Source of the DNA: Octopus sinensis
Taxonomy: Eukaryota
Length of the DNA: 64,000 nt
Reading direction: 5' to 3'
Assembly: GCF_006345805.1 (NCBI RefSeq)
Contig: NC_043009.1
Span: 1,612,001 to 1,676,000, forward strand
The position numbers were made by a program, and so were the translations under genes. Of this stretch, positions 62,361 to 64,000 are shown piece by piece (within the stretch, counting starts at the first letter, position 1; each line of letters starts with the position of its first letter). The notes beneath the pieces were generated by a model. That model was not told where the DNA came from, ran no database searches, and saw only the letters and a list, made by a program, of their open reading frames with translations.

Positions 62361-62800
62361 CAACTGGTGCTGGTGTCATGCAAAAAGCACCTGGTACACA
62401 CTGCAAAGTGGTTGGCATTAAGAAGGCATCCAGCCATAGAAACCAAGCCAAAATCAGACTATGGGATCTGGTTCAGCCTCTGACCTTGTCAAGCTATCCA
62501 GCCCATGCCAGCACAGAAAACAAATATTAAATAATTACGATATTAGATAAGGACTTTAATACTGTGACTTTTTTTCCTGTGACTTTATTACCGGTCACTG
62601 ACCAGTGGACCTTTGTTGCCATGGAGATTTTGTGCCGCTGACTTTGAAATTATAGAAAGCAATCTGTGTGACAGCATGCGGTTAGTTCAAAAACATACAG
62701 AGCAGTTAGCAACAAGCAAACCCTCATGAAAATGCAATTGACTACTCCACACCTCACTACCTAACATTGCTGGCCTTGTGCAATTATCCTCATCAGTGTG

Positions 62801-62844
62801 AAGCAACATCTGTGGACCCAGAAACCGGTCCACAGATGTTGCTT
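62801..62844. repeat. Perfect 18-bp hairpin with 8-nt loop
   Basis: AAGCAACATCTGTGGACC-CAGAAACC-GGTCCACAGATGTTGCTT. Confidence 0.95.
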
Positions 62845-63852
62845 TTGTACAATGTTTCCTAAGACTAAACAACAGTAATGACCATACTTTCCAGGACAAC
62901 CAAATTCATCATCCAGCGTTTTAAATTCAGGTTTTGCCCCCGTTAATGGGAGTGGCCGGATCTACCTCAATGCCATAGCAACCTAAGTACGCAGGTGCAG
63001 CCCACCCCAACCTTTGGGCTGGCTGGTGCTCATTCTCCTTTGATATCATGAGGCCTTTTTGGAGCTGGATTTTCTACGGGGGTGGGGGGAGCATGGCCCT
63101 TGCTTACCCCCAACCTCAGTTTCTAGTCATGAGTGACCCCGAGAACATGATTTTTAAGAAATGTGGTGGAAAACTAACTCAGGAAGGCAGGGATGCTACT
63201 CCCTGAGATCCCTTTCGGAGCCCCCCATCCCTTCCCTATGTTGGGAAATAGTCTTTAAAGAATTGTTACTGAATGTCTGAGAAATTTAGAAATAATGTTT
63301 CTATTTAAAAGACATACAGATAAATAAAGAAACAAAATAAAAATAAAAAAATAAACAAAAACAATTCCATATATGGAAGGTGTGAGCAGATTGTTAGTTG
63401 CTGGTTTGTTCAGTGAAGCAATCAAATACTCTCTTATCAAGTGGGGTCTCCACTGGATATAAAATTGAAGAACCATATGTTTCTGAAACCCACCACCACC
63501 ACCAACCACCACCACCACCACCACCAAATTTAAGGTCAGCTCTGTGTGTGTGTGTCCACCTACCCTCCAAATATAGGAGACAGCCTGTAATGATTAAGGA
63601 TGTAGGAATAGCAGAGTTGATTCAGTGGAAGGAATGGGGTACAATGAGAGAAGGACATCCATCCATCATCATCATCATCATCATCATCAATATTATCATG
63701 ACCATCATCATCACCACCATCACCATCACCACCACTATTACCCCCATCACCACTGTCACTGCCACACCTCATGAGCTAGTGATGGGAGCTTCACTGTGGC
63801 TACTTGACATGCTGGAAATAATAGTCAAAACTCGCTCAAACCGAGGTGTACC

Positions 63853-64000
63853 TATGGCTGTGCGGTAAGAAGTTTGCTTCGCAACCAAGTGGTTTCAAGT
63901 TCAGTCCCACTGCGTGTCATCTTGAGCTAGGGTTTTCAACTATAGTTCCTGGCTGACCAAAGCCTTGTGGGTAGATTTGATAGATGGAAACTGAAAGAAG
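63853..64000 (+). mobile_element. SINE A head running off the window end
   Basis: Family similarity. Confidence 0.75.

Overview
This is repeat-dense, AT-rich animal genomic DNA. The SINE families and the TA/CA/GA/ACC microsatellite load point to a coleoid cephalopod, most likely Octopus (inference). No host protein-coding gene can be confidently identified: nearly all ORF-track entries are microsatellite translations, and only a few weak candidate exons remain. The window holds a young 5'-truncated RTE-clade LINE (8042-11029, minus strand) whose ORF has a C4HC3 PHD finger inserted inside the RT domain. It also contains older RTE/BovB fragments, about 60 SINE copies from at least 5 tRNA-derived families, a decayed full-length mariner, a Tc1 deletion derivative, mariner/hAT/piggyBac/Tigger-like MITEs and two non-autonomous Helitrons. 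The most striking hidden feature is a cluster of three type I hammerhead ribozyme motifs at 54950-55277. Two of them are the mirror-image arms of an 88-bp near-perfect palindrome whose only mismatch falls on the free core position N7. Degenerate hammerheads and similar foldbacks occur elsewhere, consistent with Penelope-like element termini. A second pattern is three independent insertions of a Nin/Deu-type SINE at the same GAAACTG site of a CORE-type SINE. Boundaries of TIRs, TSDs, hairpins and ribozymes were indexed by hand; SINE boundaries are approximate (about +/-10 bp).
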